Notes: a model not told the origin generated them from the letters alone. A stretch of DNA of 64,000 nt from Candidatus Babeliales bacterium (GCA_963722255.1 CAVRJO010000002.1:416001-480000); one strand, 5' to 3'. Shown: positions 33,357 to 44,691, numbered from the stretch's first letter. A program made the numbers and translations.

Positions 33357-34414
33357 TATAAGTGAACTTGAGTTCCATAGTCTATAATTTCGCGTGTAAA
33401 ATGTTCTTCATTTTGTTCAAAAACATGAATCAATGAGTTATTTTTCAAACGAACATTATATTGCGTTGATCTTCCATGATATACAATAGATTCAACAGTT
33501 CCAATCAAGATGATTTGAAAACCCTTCAACTTCTTTGATACTAATCAAGATTTTTTCAGGTCTTATACTCATAATACAAATTTTTTCCATCCGACATCCA
33601 TTCTTTTTTTTCAGGAAACCAAACTAAAACATTTCCGATTCCCGGAATTTCTAATGCCGGTTTTGTTTCAATATCTCGAAGAAAGCCTTTCAAAATATTA
33701 GTTGTTCCAACGAATTTTGCAACAAATGTTGAAATAGGGAATTCATAAATTTCTTTTGGTGTTCCAATTTGTTCAATAGATCCATAATGATTCATAATCG
33801 CCATCTGATCAGCAACAGTTAATGCTTCAAATTGATCATGGGTAACATATAAAAAAGTTGTTTGTAGTTTATCTTGCAGATCAATCAAGCTCAACAAGAA
33901 TTTTTTCACGTAATTTTAAATCCAGTGCAGCAAGAGGTTCATCAAGCAATAGCACATCAGGTTCATTTATAAGCGCTCGTGCTAAAGCAACGCGCTGTTT
34001 TTGTCCACCTGAAAGTTGATCTATAGATTTATATGCATGATTTTCCATATGCGTTGAGGTTAAAGCTCTCATCACTTTTTGATCAATAACCGAGCGTTCA
34101 AGACCTTTAATACGTTGACTATACGCAACATTATCAAAAACATTTAAATGAGGAAATAAGGCATAACTTTGAAAGACGGTATTAACACGGCGTTTATTAA
34201 TAGGCAAATCAGTAATATCTTCGTCCCCTAAAAATATACGTCCACTATCTACTTTTTCAAATCCTGCAATTAAGCGCAAAATAGTTGTTTTGCCACAGCC
34301 ACTTGGACCAAGCAAGGCAAAAAATTGCCCTGAAGGAATAGTTAAATTCAGATTTGTAAGAATCGTATTCCCATTATAGGACTTCTTGATATTTTCGAGC
34401 CTGATACTTTTCAT
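33320..34414 (-). CDS. potA: Spermidine/putrescine ABC ATPase (two frameshifts)
   Basis: [46 protein letters not shown]; three same-strand fragments. Confidence 0.9.
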
Positions 34415-35154
34415 TATTTTTTCTCGGCTTTGCAAAAAAAATTGGAACAATAACATCAGCTAAGGTACATGGTACGACAACTGCGACAATAAGAAATAAA
34501 AATAAAAGTCCCATTTGGGGATACCAATTACTGAGTCCTTCTGAAATCAAATAAAATAATGAAGCAAGGGAGCTTATTAAAATATGGCCAAAGTGTGACC
34601 CTACCGAATAAACACTTTTTATTGTTGAATCATGTCTACTCATTGCCAACCCATTGATAAGTCCAATGATGTAAAAAGGAATAACATTGTGCAATTCTGA
34701 AATCAAGCAAATATGAAAATGCATATGCACACCTAAAAACAATACCCGCCAAATAGGGCAAAATTACATCAGATAGGGTGCAAAAGAAAAGCGAAGAAAT
34801 AATAGCAACAACAATCCCTTTGGCAACATTATTAGAAAAGCGAGAAAACGTTACCAAGCATCCGGTCATTGCAAAAATTATATGCAAAAAGTGAAAACTA
34901 TGAAAAAGTACATGCGCTCCTTCCATAGCATGATCGTGTCCATGGCTATGCCCATGATGATGTTCATGGCCTAAGCCAAAAACATCCAATAAGCTTAAAA
35001 TTACTAATCCTAATGCTAGTGAAAAGACCGCATAGGGTAAATGATGTAATAGCTCACCTAAGAGATTACCTTCGTGATGGTCATGCGTTGCACAGGTTTG
35101 CGATGTTTTATGATCCATAATAATCCTATCCATTTTTAAACTTTTTATAAACAA
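34374..35154 (-). CDS. His-rich integral membrane protein (possible metal transporter; one frameshift near 34740)
   Basis: HEHHHGHSHGHDH loop, multiple TM segments, repeated FCTLSDVILP / PCTLADVIVP motif. Confidence 0.6.
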
Positions 35155-35256
35155 TGAAAGGCCGTTTGACCGACCTTTATCGTTAACTATAAATTGTTTT
35201 CAAAATAAATCAAAAAAAACTCTTTAAAATGCATGGCCAAGGGTTAAAAACAAAGA

Positions 35257-35298
35257 AAAGCGGTACTTTGTTGAAATTATTCAACAAAGTACCGCTTT
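35257..35298. terminator. 19-bp perfect hairpin downstream of the 35319-36123 gene
   Basis: aaagcggtactttgttgaa-atta-ttcaacaaagtaccgcttt. Confidence 0.75.
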
Positions 35299-35318
35299 AT
35301 CATTCTTATTAGTAAATT

Positions 35319-36123
35319 TTAGTACTTACGTTTTAATACCTCAGCAATATCTTCTTTTGTCATAGGAAGAATCTTAATGATTTTTCCATAAGTATCTCCT
35401 AATAGATCGTCATAGCTCACTGTTTTATATGCAGTCTGCTTCATCTTTTCATCAAAATAGGGTTCTACTCGCCAATCTGTTATAGGATGCAAAGCACCTT
35501 TTTCTTTCGTACGAAATAGTAGCCCATGGAATCGACCATGATCTAGCAGGCGGTTTTGTTCCAGGTCTATTATCAATAAAATCAAAATAATCGTCGTTAA
35601 ATGTTAAATTAAGAACCATCGCTCTTATTTCTGGACCCTTTTCCAAATTATCATACTCATAGGTTTGTGTTAAAAATTTTTCAAATTTATCAACATCAAA
35701 AATTAATTTTACTCCTGACTTACCATCAGCTTTACATAAATAAAAAACAATCTGATTAGAGTCCCTTCGTACAATCAACCCTTTGTTCTCGCGAGAATCC
35801 GTTATCAAATAGGGATTGGCGAACATAAAATCAATAGCAATTGGCTTATTGGCTTTGTAGACTTGCATAAATAAACTTGGAGGGCCATAACATTCTTGTT
35901 GAGAGATTGAGTCATTTCCAAATGCACCCTTAAAATAAATCCATTCACCACAACGTATTTCCGTTATTGTGATATCTCCTATCGAATAATTGCCTGAGAC
36001 ATAGTCTCCTTGCGTCAAATTTTTCTTGAACCTATGAGGATCTTGAAAGGGAAATTTAGCTCTTTTTGCACTTAAGGACATAGAAAAAGCTGCTATAATA
36101 ATAAAAAAAATTACTTTCTTCAT
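35319..36123 (-). CDS. Secreted hypothetical protein (one frameshift near 35590)
   Basis: MKKVIFFIIIAAFSMSLSA signal peptide; two overlapping same-strand ORFs. Confidence 0.65.
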
Positions 36124-36225
36124 ACTTTGATCCTCTTAAAAAATCAATTAAAAAAAATTTATTTACTAACAGTATTATTATAGCAAAGTGTCGCACAAAC
36201 GAGCAATAAATTTAAATATAAATTT

Positions 36226-39150
36226 TTAAAATGCGTGGCCGAGCGTTAAAAACCACGAATACCATGATTCTTCTGGAACATGTTTCTTCCATTTCCATCC
36301 TAAATCAAACCGAACAGGTCCAATTGGGGTATAATAACGAATACCAAAACCTGTTCCGGCTAAAAAATGGCTCTTAACAACTTCAGTAATCGAACGATCG
36401 GCCAAAAACCCAATATCTTGAAAAAGAACTCCTCCTATACTCCAAAATAGGGGAAATCTTAACTCAAAGTTCATATTAAACAGAGATTTACCTCCTTGTG
36501 GCACGAGAATATTCTTGCCCTTGTGCTTGAAACTACCCAGTGGAGGGCCAAAGTCTTGATCATAGCTTCTTAAAGAGTTTTGTCCGCCAATAAAAAACGT
36601 AAAGGCGGCATAATATTAGGAAAATCCTGATTAAAAATATGCCCTGCTCTAAAACGCATAGGCCACAACAGATGATATCCATGAAACAGGGAAAAAAACG
36701 GATTGCTCAAAAAGAAACTTAAAAAAAGTTGTGCTTATTCTTCTGAGTGGAACCATGATCTGGCAAGAAGCAACCGTTAACGTTCCATAGGTTGGATTTA
36801 CATCATTATCTAAAAAATTAATTACCAAATCCGGTTCGGTGTAAATATAAGGTACTTGTTTATCGACTAAAACCGTTTCAAAATTAATCGCACGAGCCAT
36901 TTCAAGAGAGAATTTATTGGTTTCCATTACTTCAACACCTATATTTACTCCAAAGTTGACCATTGAACAGCATCTATTTACACCAAATAAAAAACCCTGT
37001 TGAATTGCTTGATACAAAGGTTTATCACTTCCAATATGAACAGGTTGCGTATATTTATTACTGTATCCTTTAATAACCGTATTTAAAGGCATTGAAAAAA
37101 ACCAAGGACGTTGATATTCAACCGAAATATTTCTATAAAATCGAGTAAAATCCGTATCAATACAAAAATAGTCGCCCGCATTAAACGGATTTTTATAGAG
37201 TCCTGTTCCTCCGAATTTATAGGTCGTTCCTTTTCTGAATTCTAATAAGGTTTTACTTACTTGCTGAAATCCTGCTCTTAAACGTATTTCAAAAGGTTCA
37301 TCTTGTAATAGTTTAATAATAATTGCTTTTTGCTCCTCTTGTTGAGCAATATCATACGGTGACAAGTAAATAGTTTCAAAGATTCCTAACTTGCGTAGCC
37401 GCTTTAATGAATCTTCCATTTTTTGCTTTTGCCACACATCACCTTCCTTGAAAGAAAGCTCGCGAACTATATTATTAAAAGGAAAGCTCGTTGATCCGAG
37501 CAGAATAATCTTTCCAAATTTTACAACCTTATCAATTCCTGCAATTTTCCAAATAACAGCAACATCAGAACCGTTATGGGTAATGTCCGGTTTGACATCA
37601 ACGTATAAAAATCCTTTTTTTTGAAAATAATCCATAAGCCATTGTCTCTGAACTTGGATCTGATTAGGATCAAATGGAACTGCTTCCTTACGTAGGCAAC
37701 TATTAAAAGGCGCCATTTTTTCAAGTTCAGGGAAATTCTCAATAATTACTGATTTGAGAAAACGACGTGAACCTTCAATAAGATTAATATATACCTCATA
37801 AATGGCCGGATCCTCTATTTTTTTATAGTCTTGATTGACTATCTTGACGTCTAAAAAACCATGACTTACATAAAAATTGGCCAATTTTTGTAATGATTGA
37901 CGCAAATAGTCTTCATCAAAAGGTTGTTTGAGAAACGATGAAAAAAAAGATTGAAGAATCTTATGGGTAAAACTTTCAGCACCTTGTATGATAACTTTTT
38001 TTATACTACTGCGTGATCCTTCCTTTATTAAAAAATAGTTTCGATGATCTTCTTGCTTAGTAGTAACTTCAACTTCCCAAAAACCTTTTTTTTGATAAGC
38101 ATCGATAATTTCTTGTATTAAAAATGAATCGGGTAATAACGCAGTTGATCGTCCAAAGGCAAAAATAATATCAAACAGTTGCTCATTTGAAAAAAAGTGA
38201 TTCCCAAAAAAAGTTATCATCTTTTTCTGGTTGAGCGTAATAGTAAACTCTAATGCAACAGTTTCTTGGTCAAGCTGCAGCTGTTTATTAACCGTAATTC
38301 GAGCATTTAAAAAACCCTTTTTTGCAAAATATTGCTTCAAAAATTTTTTTTGTTGCGTAACCAGTTCCTGTGTATAGCATTGACCATCCAATCGAGGCAC
38401 AAAAAGATCTCTAACTTTTTTCTGAAACCTTTCAGAAATTTGATCTCCCTCCGTTGATGCTAAAAAGTTCAATTGAACATCGGAAATTATAAATTCATAA
38501 CCGGAATCAATTACTAATGTTACAATGATCGTTTTAGTTTTATTATCATAGTTTAAATAATCAACCACACGCCCTTTAAAAAATCCATCGGCTTTGAGAG
38601 CATCATTAATTTTTTCTAAAGAATGTTCATGTTTTTCTCTGTCAAATTGCTCTCCAAACTCTAATACATAAAGATTTCGATATTTCTCTGCTCCACGCAA
38701 TAATCCTTGCACAATAACCTTCTTAAAGGTCCAAATACTTTCAAGCTTTATGGTTAATTCATTTTCCCCTTTACACCTATGTAGATGTAATTCTGCACGA
38801 GAAAACTTATTTTTCATTTTAATATGCAGGCAAGCCTCTACCAATTGTTGTTGCGTAACAAGATCTCCTTGAGTAAAACCAAGCAGATAGTTTTGCTCAT
38901 GAATTTCCATAGAGACATCTGTTTCAAAACGTAGAGTATCTACCTTAAATGATTCCGGAAATAGTGAAAGAAGCTCTCTTATCTTGGAACGATCGGCTGA
39001 AAAATCAACCGTTACGCTATTGACCAGATCATGAGCTTCATAACAAGATTTTTCTTGATCAGCTTGTATTGCTCTTAGCGAGACTAAGAAAAAAAATAGA
39101 ATAGAAAAGTGCTTTAACCTTTGAATCACTGTTACCCTAATGCTCTTCAA
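36226..39150 (-). CDS. Omp85 family (BamA/TamA-like) outer-membrane assembly protein, frameshifted near 36600-36660
   Basis: POTRA-like repeats (IVRELSFKEGD, LRKLGIF), GGQNSLRSY lid motif near 36560-36590, GFGIRYYTPIGPVRFDLG, terminal LTLGHAF. Confidence 0.88.
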
Positions 39151-39394
39151 ATAATGAGAACATCAGTTTAGCATAAGAGCAAAAAAATTTATAAAATGTT
39201 TTCCTGCAGTACGTCGCTGACAAACAACACAAATTCGACAATAATAAATCGTGTAATTGAGCTTATAACTATTGAAAATATACACTTAACAACACAAACA
39301 CTATTTGAATATATATATTTTTTTGCTCTGCTCAAAAGGGTTTTAATAAATTGTAAGAAAAGTTCTTGTTATATAAAATGGGAAAAATATTTTA

Positions 39395-39733
39395 TTATTT
39401 TTTGGTATTTTGCGTAAGACCTAGTGAAGTTACAATACCATTTCGTTCAAGTAAAATATCATAACCAAGACCTTGAAGGACTTTAAATAGGCTTTTGGTA
39501 TTAAAGCTTACTTTAAAGCCAGATTTCATATCTTGCACAATAGTTGGGGATACTCCAGCAAGTTTTGCTAATTTTCTTACCGAAATATCATCTTCTTCCA
39601 TAGCTGCTAAAATTAGTTCGGAAAGTAAAAAATCATGATAGCCTTCTTCATATTCCCGTTTTTGCTCAGGAGTTTTGGCTTCCATAAACTCTTCAAACGT
39701 TGTCTTAACTTTCTTATTTATTCGCTTAGTCAT
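39395..39733 (-). CDS. XRE-family HTH antitoxin
   Basis: ISVRKLAKLAGVSPTIVQDMKSG helix-turn-helix; overlaps the upstream toxin. Confidence 0.8.
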   Translation of the reverse strand: MTKRINKKVKTTFEEFMEAKTPEQKREYEEGYHDFLLSELILAAMEEDDISVRKLAKLAGVSPTIVQDMKSGFKVSFNTKSLFKVLQGLGYDILLERNGIVTSLGLTQNTKK

Positions 39734-40109
39734 AATAAGTTCCTTCTTTATATCTTTGAGTGTAATCCACTTTTGCTTTTATAGCACGTTCCTTTTCCCT
39801 TGGAGGCATTTTTTGTGATTGTTTTTTATAGGCATTTGTAATAATTATTCGTGAACCTTCAAAAAAGAAACATAAAAATCTATCTGGCGCCGGTTTAAGC
39901 GCAAAAATTTGGTCACCTTCATTGGTAAATTTTTCTTTATTACCGATTTTTCCCGTATCTGCTAACCTTTGAATTAAATAGAAAGTTCTGTTTTTTTGTT
40001 CCTCGGTTAATTCAAGGAAATATTCAAGTGCACCACTATTGCCTCTATTATTAAAATACCACTCGACAGTAAATTCTAAACCCCGATATGCTATAAATTT
40101 TCTCTTCAT
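39726..40109 (-). CDS. RelE/HigB-like toxin
   Basis: IFALKP..DRFLCFF....IIITNAYKKQSQKMP..E..RA motif; toxin-first order. Confidence 0.82.
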   Translation of the reverse strand: MKRKFIAYRGLEFTVEWYFNNRGNSGALEYFLELTEEQKNRTFYLIQRLADTGKIGNKEKFTNEGDQIFALKPAPDRFLCFFFEGSRIIITNAYKKQSQKMPPREKERAIKAKVDYTQRYKEGTYYD

Positions 40110-40143
40110 TGTTTCCTAAATAAATTATACACACATGAATATC

Positions 40144-40161
40144 GTACCAGAAATCTAATAC
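40144..40161. promoter_or_regulatory. Imperfect palindrome, candidate TA operator
   Basis: gtaccaga-aa-tctaatac about 35 bp upstream of the toxin start. Confidence 0.35.
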
Positions 40162-40204
40162 AATTTCAATATTTATATGGTTAATAAGGACTGAGATTTT
40201 ACTA

Positions 40205-40233
40205 CTGGATTCCACGCTTCGCTCTGAATGACA
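40205..40233 (-). repeat. REP-like half element
   Basis: Reverse complement tgtcattcagagcgaagcgtggaatccag; same TGTCAT end as the 44692 element. Confidence 0.55.
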
Positions 40234-40409
40234 TTTGTGTGCGTTAGCTTGTGTACTACAGCATAGAAATGTATTTTTTAGAAATATTTCCTTTGAGCCC
40301 AACACGTTGAAGGCTTTGCAGCATATCCCAAAAGGGATGTGCGAGAAGCCGCCTTTTGGGCGATAAAGAGAGATCCCTAAGAGAGACTTCTCTTAGGTGC
40401 CCTTGTCTT

Positions 40410-40463
40410 AAAGGTATTGGGCAAGCAATACCTTTATAAAAAAAAGCTTTGTGGCAAACAAAA
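40410..40463 (-). repeat. About 53-bp dispersed hairpin repeat, copy 1
   Basis: Reverse complement tttgtttgccacaaagctttttttataaaggtattgcttgcccaatacctttaa matches 42401-42453. Confidence 0.75.
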
Positions 40464-40483
40464 TACTGCAAAAGATACAACCC

Positions 40484-40762
40484 TTATTCAATAATTCGGA
40501 AAACACCCCTATAATCCCGTTCTTTTATAAAAGGCTCTATCTCAATTGCTTCTGCAGACTTCTTACTCATCTCTTTATGAAGAACATCTACAAACTGATT
40601 AATCGGATCCTTTAGTCCACACACAACAATTAAGATTGCATTATTATCAATTTGTGCCGTACCTTCAAGCGATAATTTTTTAGCGTTCTTTTGGACACAA
40701 TTATGTAAAAAAGCCTCCGAAACATTACATAAAAACCGTATACGTAAACATTGAGCCATCAC
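40484..40762 (-). CDS. Acylphosphatase-like protein
   Basis: 92 aa; AKKLSLEGTAQ and C-terminal FRII resemble the acylphosphatase fold; catalytic motif degenerate. Confidence 0.55.
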   Translation of the reverse strand: MMAQCLRIRFLCNVSEAFLHNCVQKNAKKLSLEGTAQIDNNAILIVVCGLKDPINQFVDVLHKEMSKKSAEAIEIEPFIKERDYRGVFRIIE

Positions 40763-40922
40763 TTCTCCCTTTTTTAGACTTTTACACTCTTTCTGCAGAA
40801 CTTACCAAATCAATTTTATTAATGTCAAAAAAGTAATAGATTGCCATAACCTGGACTTACAAAAAAGTAATGGTTAAACTCATAATGACAGCTTTTTTTA
40901 AACCTTAAAAATACTCAATGCC

Positions 40923-42362
40923 ATGAATACCATATCGTCTTCGATCCGCGTTCGTTTTGCCCCATCTCCCACCGGAGTTTTACACCTAGGAAGTGTTCGT
41001 ACTGCTCTTTTAAACTATCTCTTTGCACAACAAAAAAATGGGACATTCGTTTTACGTATAGAAGACACCGATCCTGAAAGGAATTTTGATCCCAACGGCA
41101 AAAAACTTATGGAAGATATGGCATGGCTAGGACTTCCCTATACAGAAGGCGGTGAACTTGGTGGTCCTTATGGACCCTATTATCAATCACAACGTACCTC
41201 TCTCTATCAAGAGCAGCTTGATATTTTAAAAACAAAAAATGTTCTCTATCGTTGTTTTTGCACCGCTGAAGAACTCGAGCGCAAAAGAGTTCGTTCATTA
41301 GCTTTAAAAATTGCTCCTCGCTATGATCGAACATGCCTAAAATTAACCGAGTCAGAAATTCAAAAGAAATTAACTGATAATGTCCTTTTTATATGGCGTT
41401 TTAAGATTCCCGATGATTATATTGCTACCGTTCATGACCTTGCTCATGGAAAAATAAATTTTGATCTAAACCATTTTTCAGATTTTCCCGTAAGCCGTTC
41501 CGATGGCACATTTACATTTCTTTTTGCTAACTGCATTGATGATATTCTTATGAAAATTACCCATGTATTGCGCGGTGAAGATCATCTTTCAAATACGGCA
41601 AATCAGATATTGCTTTTTGAAACCTTTGGCGCTCCAACTCCATTGTTTTGGCATTTACCAGTCTTATGCAATGTCGATGGCAAAAAAATGTCAAAAAGGG
41701 ACTTCGGTTTTTCATTACAAGATTTAAAAAATGGTGGATTCCTACCTGAAGCAATTAATAACTATTTAGCTATTACGGGCGGATCATTTACTCACGAAAT
41801 TATGGATATGAAGACCCTTACGAGTGCAATGAATTTCGATTCGATCAAACCGGTCAGTAATATACGCTACGATGTTGAAAAATTAAAATGGGTTAACCAT
41901 AAATGGATTCAGCTCTATGATTCTGAAATGTTACTTGAAAAGGTTTTGCCTTATTTAACAACAGCATATCCAAAAATTACACAAGTAAATCATCAAAAAT
42001 TATTAGAATTAGTTAACACAATAAAATCAGAACTTATCACATTAAATGATGTTGTTCCCATGCTCAATTTTTACTTTGAAAAACCTATCATCACACATGA
42101 AGCAATTCTTGAACATATTCCCGCAAATTTACAAGAATCTATGAAAGCGCTTATAAAGCATGGTATTCATCATGTTACCAATGTTGAAAATTTTTTAGAA
42201 ATAGTAAAAAATGAAGCAAAATCTGCGCAAATACCAACAAAGCTTCTTTTTACCATCTTACGATTATTACTTACCGGATCAACACATGGACCTAGCATTA
42301 AAGATATTATGACTGTTCTTGGTGCGCAAGAAACAGAAGAACGCTTAAACTTATTTTTATAA
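40923..42362 (+). CDS. gltX: Glutamyl-tRNA synthetase
   Basis: RVRFAPSPTG.LHLG, LRIEDTD, YQSQR, HVLRGEDH, KMSKR. Confidence 0.96.
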   Translation: MNTISSSIRVRFAPSPTGVLHLGSVRTALLNYLFAQQKNGTFVLRIEDTDPERNFDPNGKKLMEDMAWLGLPYTEGGELGGPYGPYYQSQRTSLYQEQLDILKTKNVLYRCFCTAEELERKRVRSLALKIAPRYDRTCLKLTESEIQKKLTDNVLFIWRFKIPDDYIATVHDLAHGKINFDLNHFSDFPVSRSDGTFTFLFANCIDDILMKITHVLRGEDHLSNTANQILLFETFGAPTPLFWHLPVLCNVDGKKMSKRDFGFSLQDLKNGGFLPEAINNYLAITGGSFTHEIMDMKTLTSAMNFDSIKPVSNIRYDVEKLKWVNHKWIQLYDSEMLLEKVLPYLTTAYPKITQVNHQKLLELVNTIKSELITLNDVVPMLNFYFEKPIITHEAILEHIPANLQESMKALIKHGIHHVTNVENFLEIVKNEAKSAQIPTKLLFTILRLLLTGSTHGPSIKDIMTVLGAQETEERLNLFL

Positions 42363-42400
42363 AAAATAGTTAATAAAAAAGTCTTCTTTTTGTAAGATGT

Positions 42401-42453
42401 TTTATTTGCCACAAAGCTTCTTTATAAAGATATTGCACGTCCAATACCTTTAA
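42401..42453 (+). repeat. About 53-bp dispersed hairpin repeat, copy 2
   Basis: tttatttgccacaaagcttctttataaagatattgcacgtccaatacctttaa. Confidence 0.75.
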
Positions 42454-42485
42454 TACATTTTTTTATAATATATTTTTTTAACCTA

Positions 42486-43449
42486 TAGCGCCCCGCTTTA
42501 ATTTCCGCACAAATGTGCTATACTATCCTTAAAATTTTAAAAAGGAGAAGCGAATGGCATTCAGTCTTGATTTAAGAGAACGAGTAATAGGGGCAGTTGA
42601 TGGTGGCATGCATATAGACGAGGCCGCTAAAATATTTGATGTCAGCAGAAGGGTAATTTATGAATGGTTAGAATTACGAAAAAAAACTGGCGAGCTCAAA
42701 CCAAAAACAGGTTATCAAAAAGGCCATAGCCACAAAATTACAGACTTGGAAAAATTCAAAGCATTTGCAAATTCTAATAAGCAATGTACATCCCCACAAA
42801 TGGTTATTAGATGGGAGCAACTTACAGGCGTGAAGGTCTCTGAAGACGTGATGCTACGGATGCTTAAAAAGATTGGTTTTACATCTAAAAAAAAACTTTT
42901 AGCTACGCCGAAGCAAATGCAAAAAAACGTGCCGATTTTTTAGAAGAAATTAAAGACATCGATCCAGCAAAAATCATTTACTCTGATGAAACTGGAATTG
43001 ACGATAATGAGGTCGTTCTTACTGGATGGGCACCACGCGGAGAACGTTGCCATGCGCAAAAAAAAGCTGAACGTAAAACACGTTATAATATCACGGCAGC
43101 ACTGAATTTAAATTTGTTGTTTGCGCCATTTTTGTTTGAAGGATATTCAAATTCTGCTGTTTATGAAACTTACGTAGAACAGGTTTTGGCTCCTGCGTTA
43201 GAACCTGGAATGGTACTTATAATTGACAATGCTAGCTTCCATAAATCTAAAAAAATAATTCAGCTTATCGAAGCCGCTTCGTGCAGAGTTATATTTTTAC
43301 CCCCATATTCACCTGATTTTAACCCAATTGAGCATCATTGGACGGCTGTCAAAAATGCAATCAGAAAAGCTGCTGAAAATATTAAAGATTTTTATGAAGC
43401 AGCTGTTTATGCATTGAGTGAAATGTGCGCGGCTTAACGAGGGGCGCTA
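42486..43449 (+). mobile_element. IS630-family insertion sequence
   Basis: Terminal inverted repeats TAGCGCCCC...GGGGCGCTA, TA duplicated on both sides, split transposase inside. Confidence 0.92.
42554..43437 (+). CDS. IS630 transposase (HTH orfA plus DDE orfB joined by a -1 shift at A9, 42887-42895)
   Basis: MAFSLDLRERV HTH; the -1 frame gives KKTFSYAEA...IIYSDETG, then DNASFH and LPPYSPDFNPIEH. Confidence 0.9.
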
Positions 43450-43507
43450 TAGGTATTTTTATGTCAAAAATACCTAGGTTAAAAAATCAAATAAAGATAT
43501 TAAAAAA

Positions 43508-43526
43508 GGGACCTAAAACAGGTCCC
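43508..43526 (-). terminator. Rho-independent terminator of the 43554 gene
   Basis: gggacct-aaaac-aggtccc with a T-run on the minus strand. Confidence 0.6.
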
Positions 43527-43553
43527 TCATACCGTAGTAAAAATTGATATTTT

Positions 43554-44126
43554 TTATTTTGTAGATAATGCTTCTTTAAGCTTACCAATACGTTCTTCAA
43601 TTTCTTGCAATGTAATTCTTTCATTTTGATATCCTTGAGCTTTATAAAGCGCATAGAAAACCAATGGGAAAGATATAAGCAATGCATATGCTTGTGTATC
43701 TTTTGAATGCAAATGATGATTTACACGCTCATTTGAAACATGAGGAAGCAGATCAAATCCACATATTACAGCTAGAATAGCTGATACAAAGAACCCAGAA
43801 AAACCAGCAAATTTCAAATTATTTTCTTTTTTTTCCACTGATGCAATTTTTTCTGCACATTCTTTAAGTACCGCCATAAGAATCGCTTTTACATTGCTAT
43901 TAAATTTATTCTCATCAATCGATGTTGAAGCACTATTGTCATTGAGCAGCATTTGCACATAAGTTATATCTTCTTTGCTTACATTGTGAAGATTTTCATT
44001 TGAATCACGCACTTGCAAAACAAGATCATTTATAACCATAGAATTTTCACCTGCACTAGCAGAAGAATTCATTCCAATAGACCCACCAATGAACACAATG
44101 GAAAGAAACAGAGTAGAAAATTTCAT
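43554..44126 (-). CDS. Secreted/membrane hypothetical protein with two TM helices
   Basis: Signal-like N-terminus, two hydrophobic segments, C-terminal coiled coil. Confidence 0.7.
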   Translation of the reverse strand: MKFSTLFLSIVFIGGSIGMNSSASAGENSMVINDLVLQVRDSNENLHNVSKEDITYVQMLLNDNSASTSIDENKFNSNVKAILMAVLKECAEKIASVEKKENNLKFAGFSGFFVSAILAVICGFDLLPHVSNERVNHHLHSKDTQAYALLISFPLVFYALYKAQGYQNERITLQEIEERIGKLKEALSTK

Positions 44127-44330
44127 AAAAAATCCTTATATATAATGGTTTAAAAAAAATCTTATCTTAGTGTACCCCCTTTTAAATAGTTTGCAATCGA
44201 CACTAAATTATTTTTAATCGCATAAGATATATTAATAATTTTTCTATAAATTGATGCAGTGAGAATTTTCAAGCTTTTTAAGAATAGATAAAAAACCGAC
44301 AAAATTTTCTTGAATTGTCGATTTTATAAC

Positions 44331-44687
44331 TTATAATTCAGCAGAAGAATCCATTAATCTATTCGGTAATTTTTGAAAATCAGTTATCATGCCCTGATCT
44401 TGATAATAGTTCATAAGATGCACGAAATATGATTCAAGCTGCGGTGGAACAAAGAATTCAAATAAACATGTTTCTTTGTTCAAGGATCTATCAAAACATA
44501 AATGTTCAAAGCTACGTAATGTTGCTGTCAAAAAACCCGTATCAGGTTTAGAAACCTTTGCTTGATAATAAAGGCAATAAAAATTTTGTTGCATACATAA
44601 AACCAAATAAAGAAATTGTAAAATAAATCTAACTGTAAACGAAAAATGTTTAAAACAAAAATTTTTTTTAATAAGAAAAATAACCAA
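44331..44687 (-). CDS. Small hypothetical protein, DUF4911-like (true start probably near 44595)
   Basis: FLTATLRSFEHLCFDRSL...FEFFVP. Confidence 0.5.
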   Translation of the reverse strand: MVIFLIKKNFCFKHFSFTVRFILQFLYLVLCMQQNFYCLYYQAKVSKPDTGFLTATLRSFEHLCFDRSLNKETCLFEFFVPPQLESYFVHLMNYYQDQGMITDFQKLPNRLMDSSAEL

Positions 44688-44691
44688 TGAA

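Noticed and set aside
40051..40480. Small minus-strand ORFs (84 and 74 aa)
   Set aside because: They overlap hairpin repeats and the toxin start and have no protein-like features.
42887..42895. Transposase frameshift as a novelty or pseudogene
   Set aside because: A split at an A-run is common in IS630 elements (programmed slippage) and could also be a homopolymer error.
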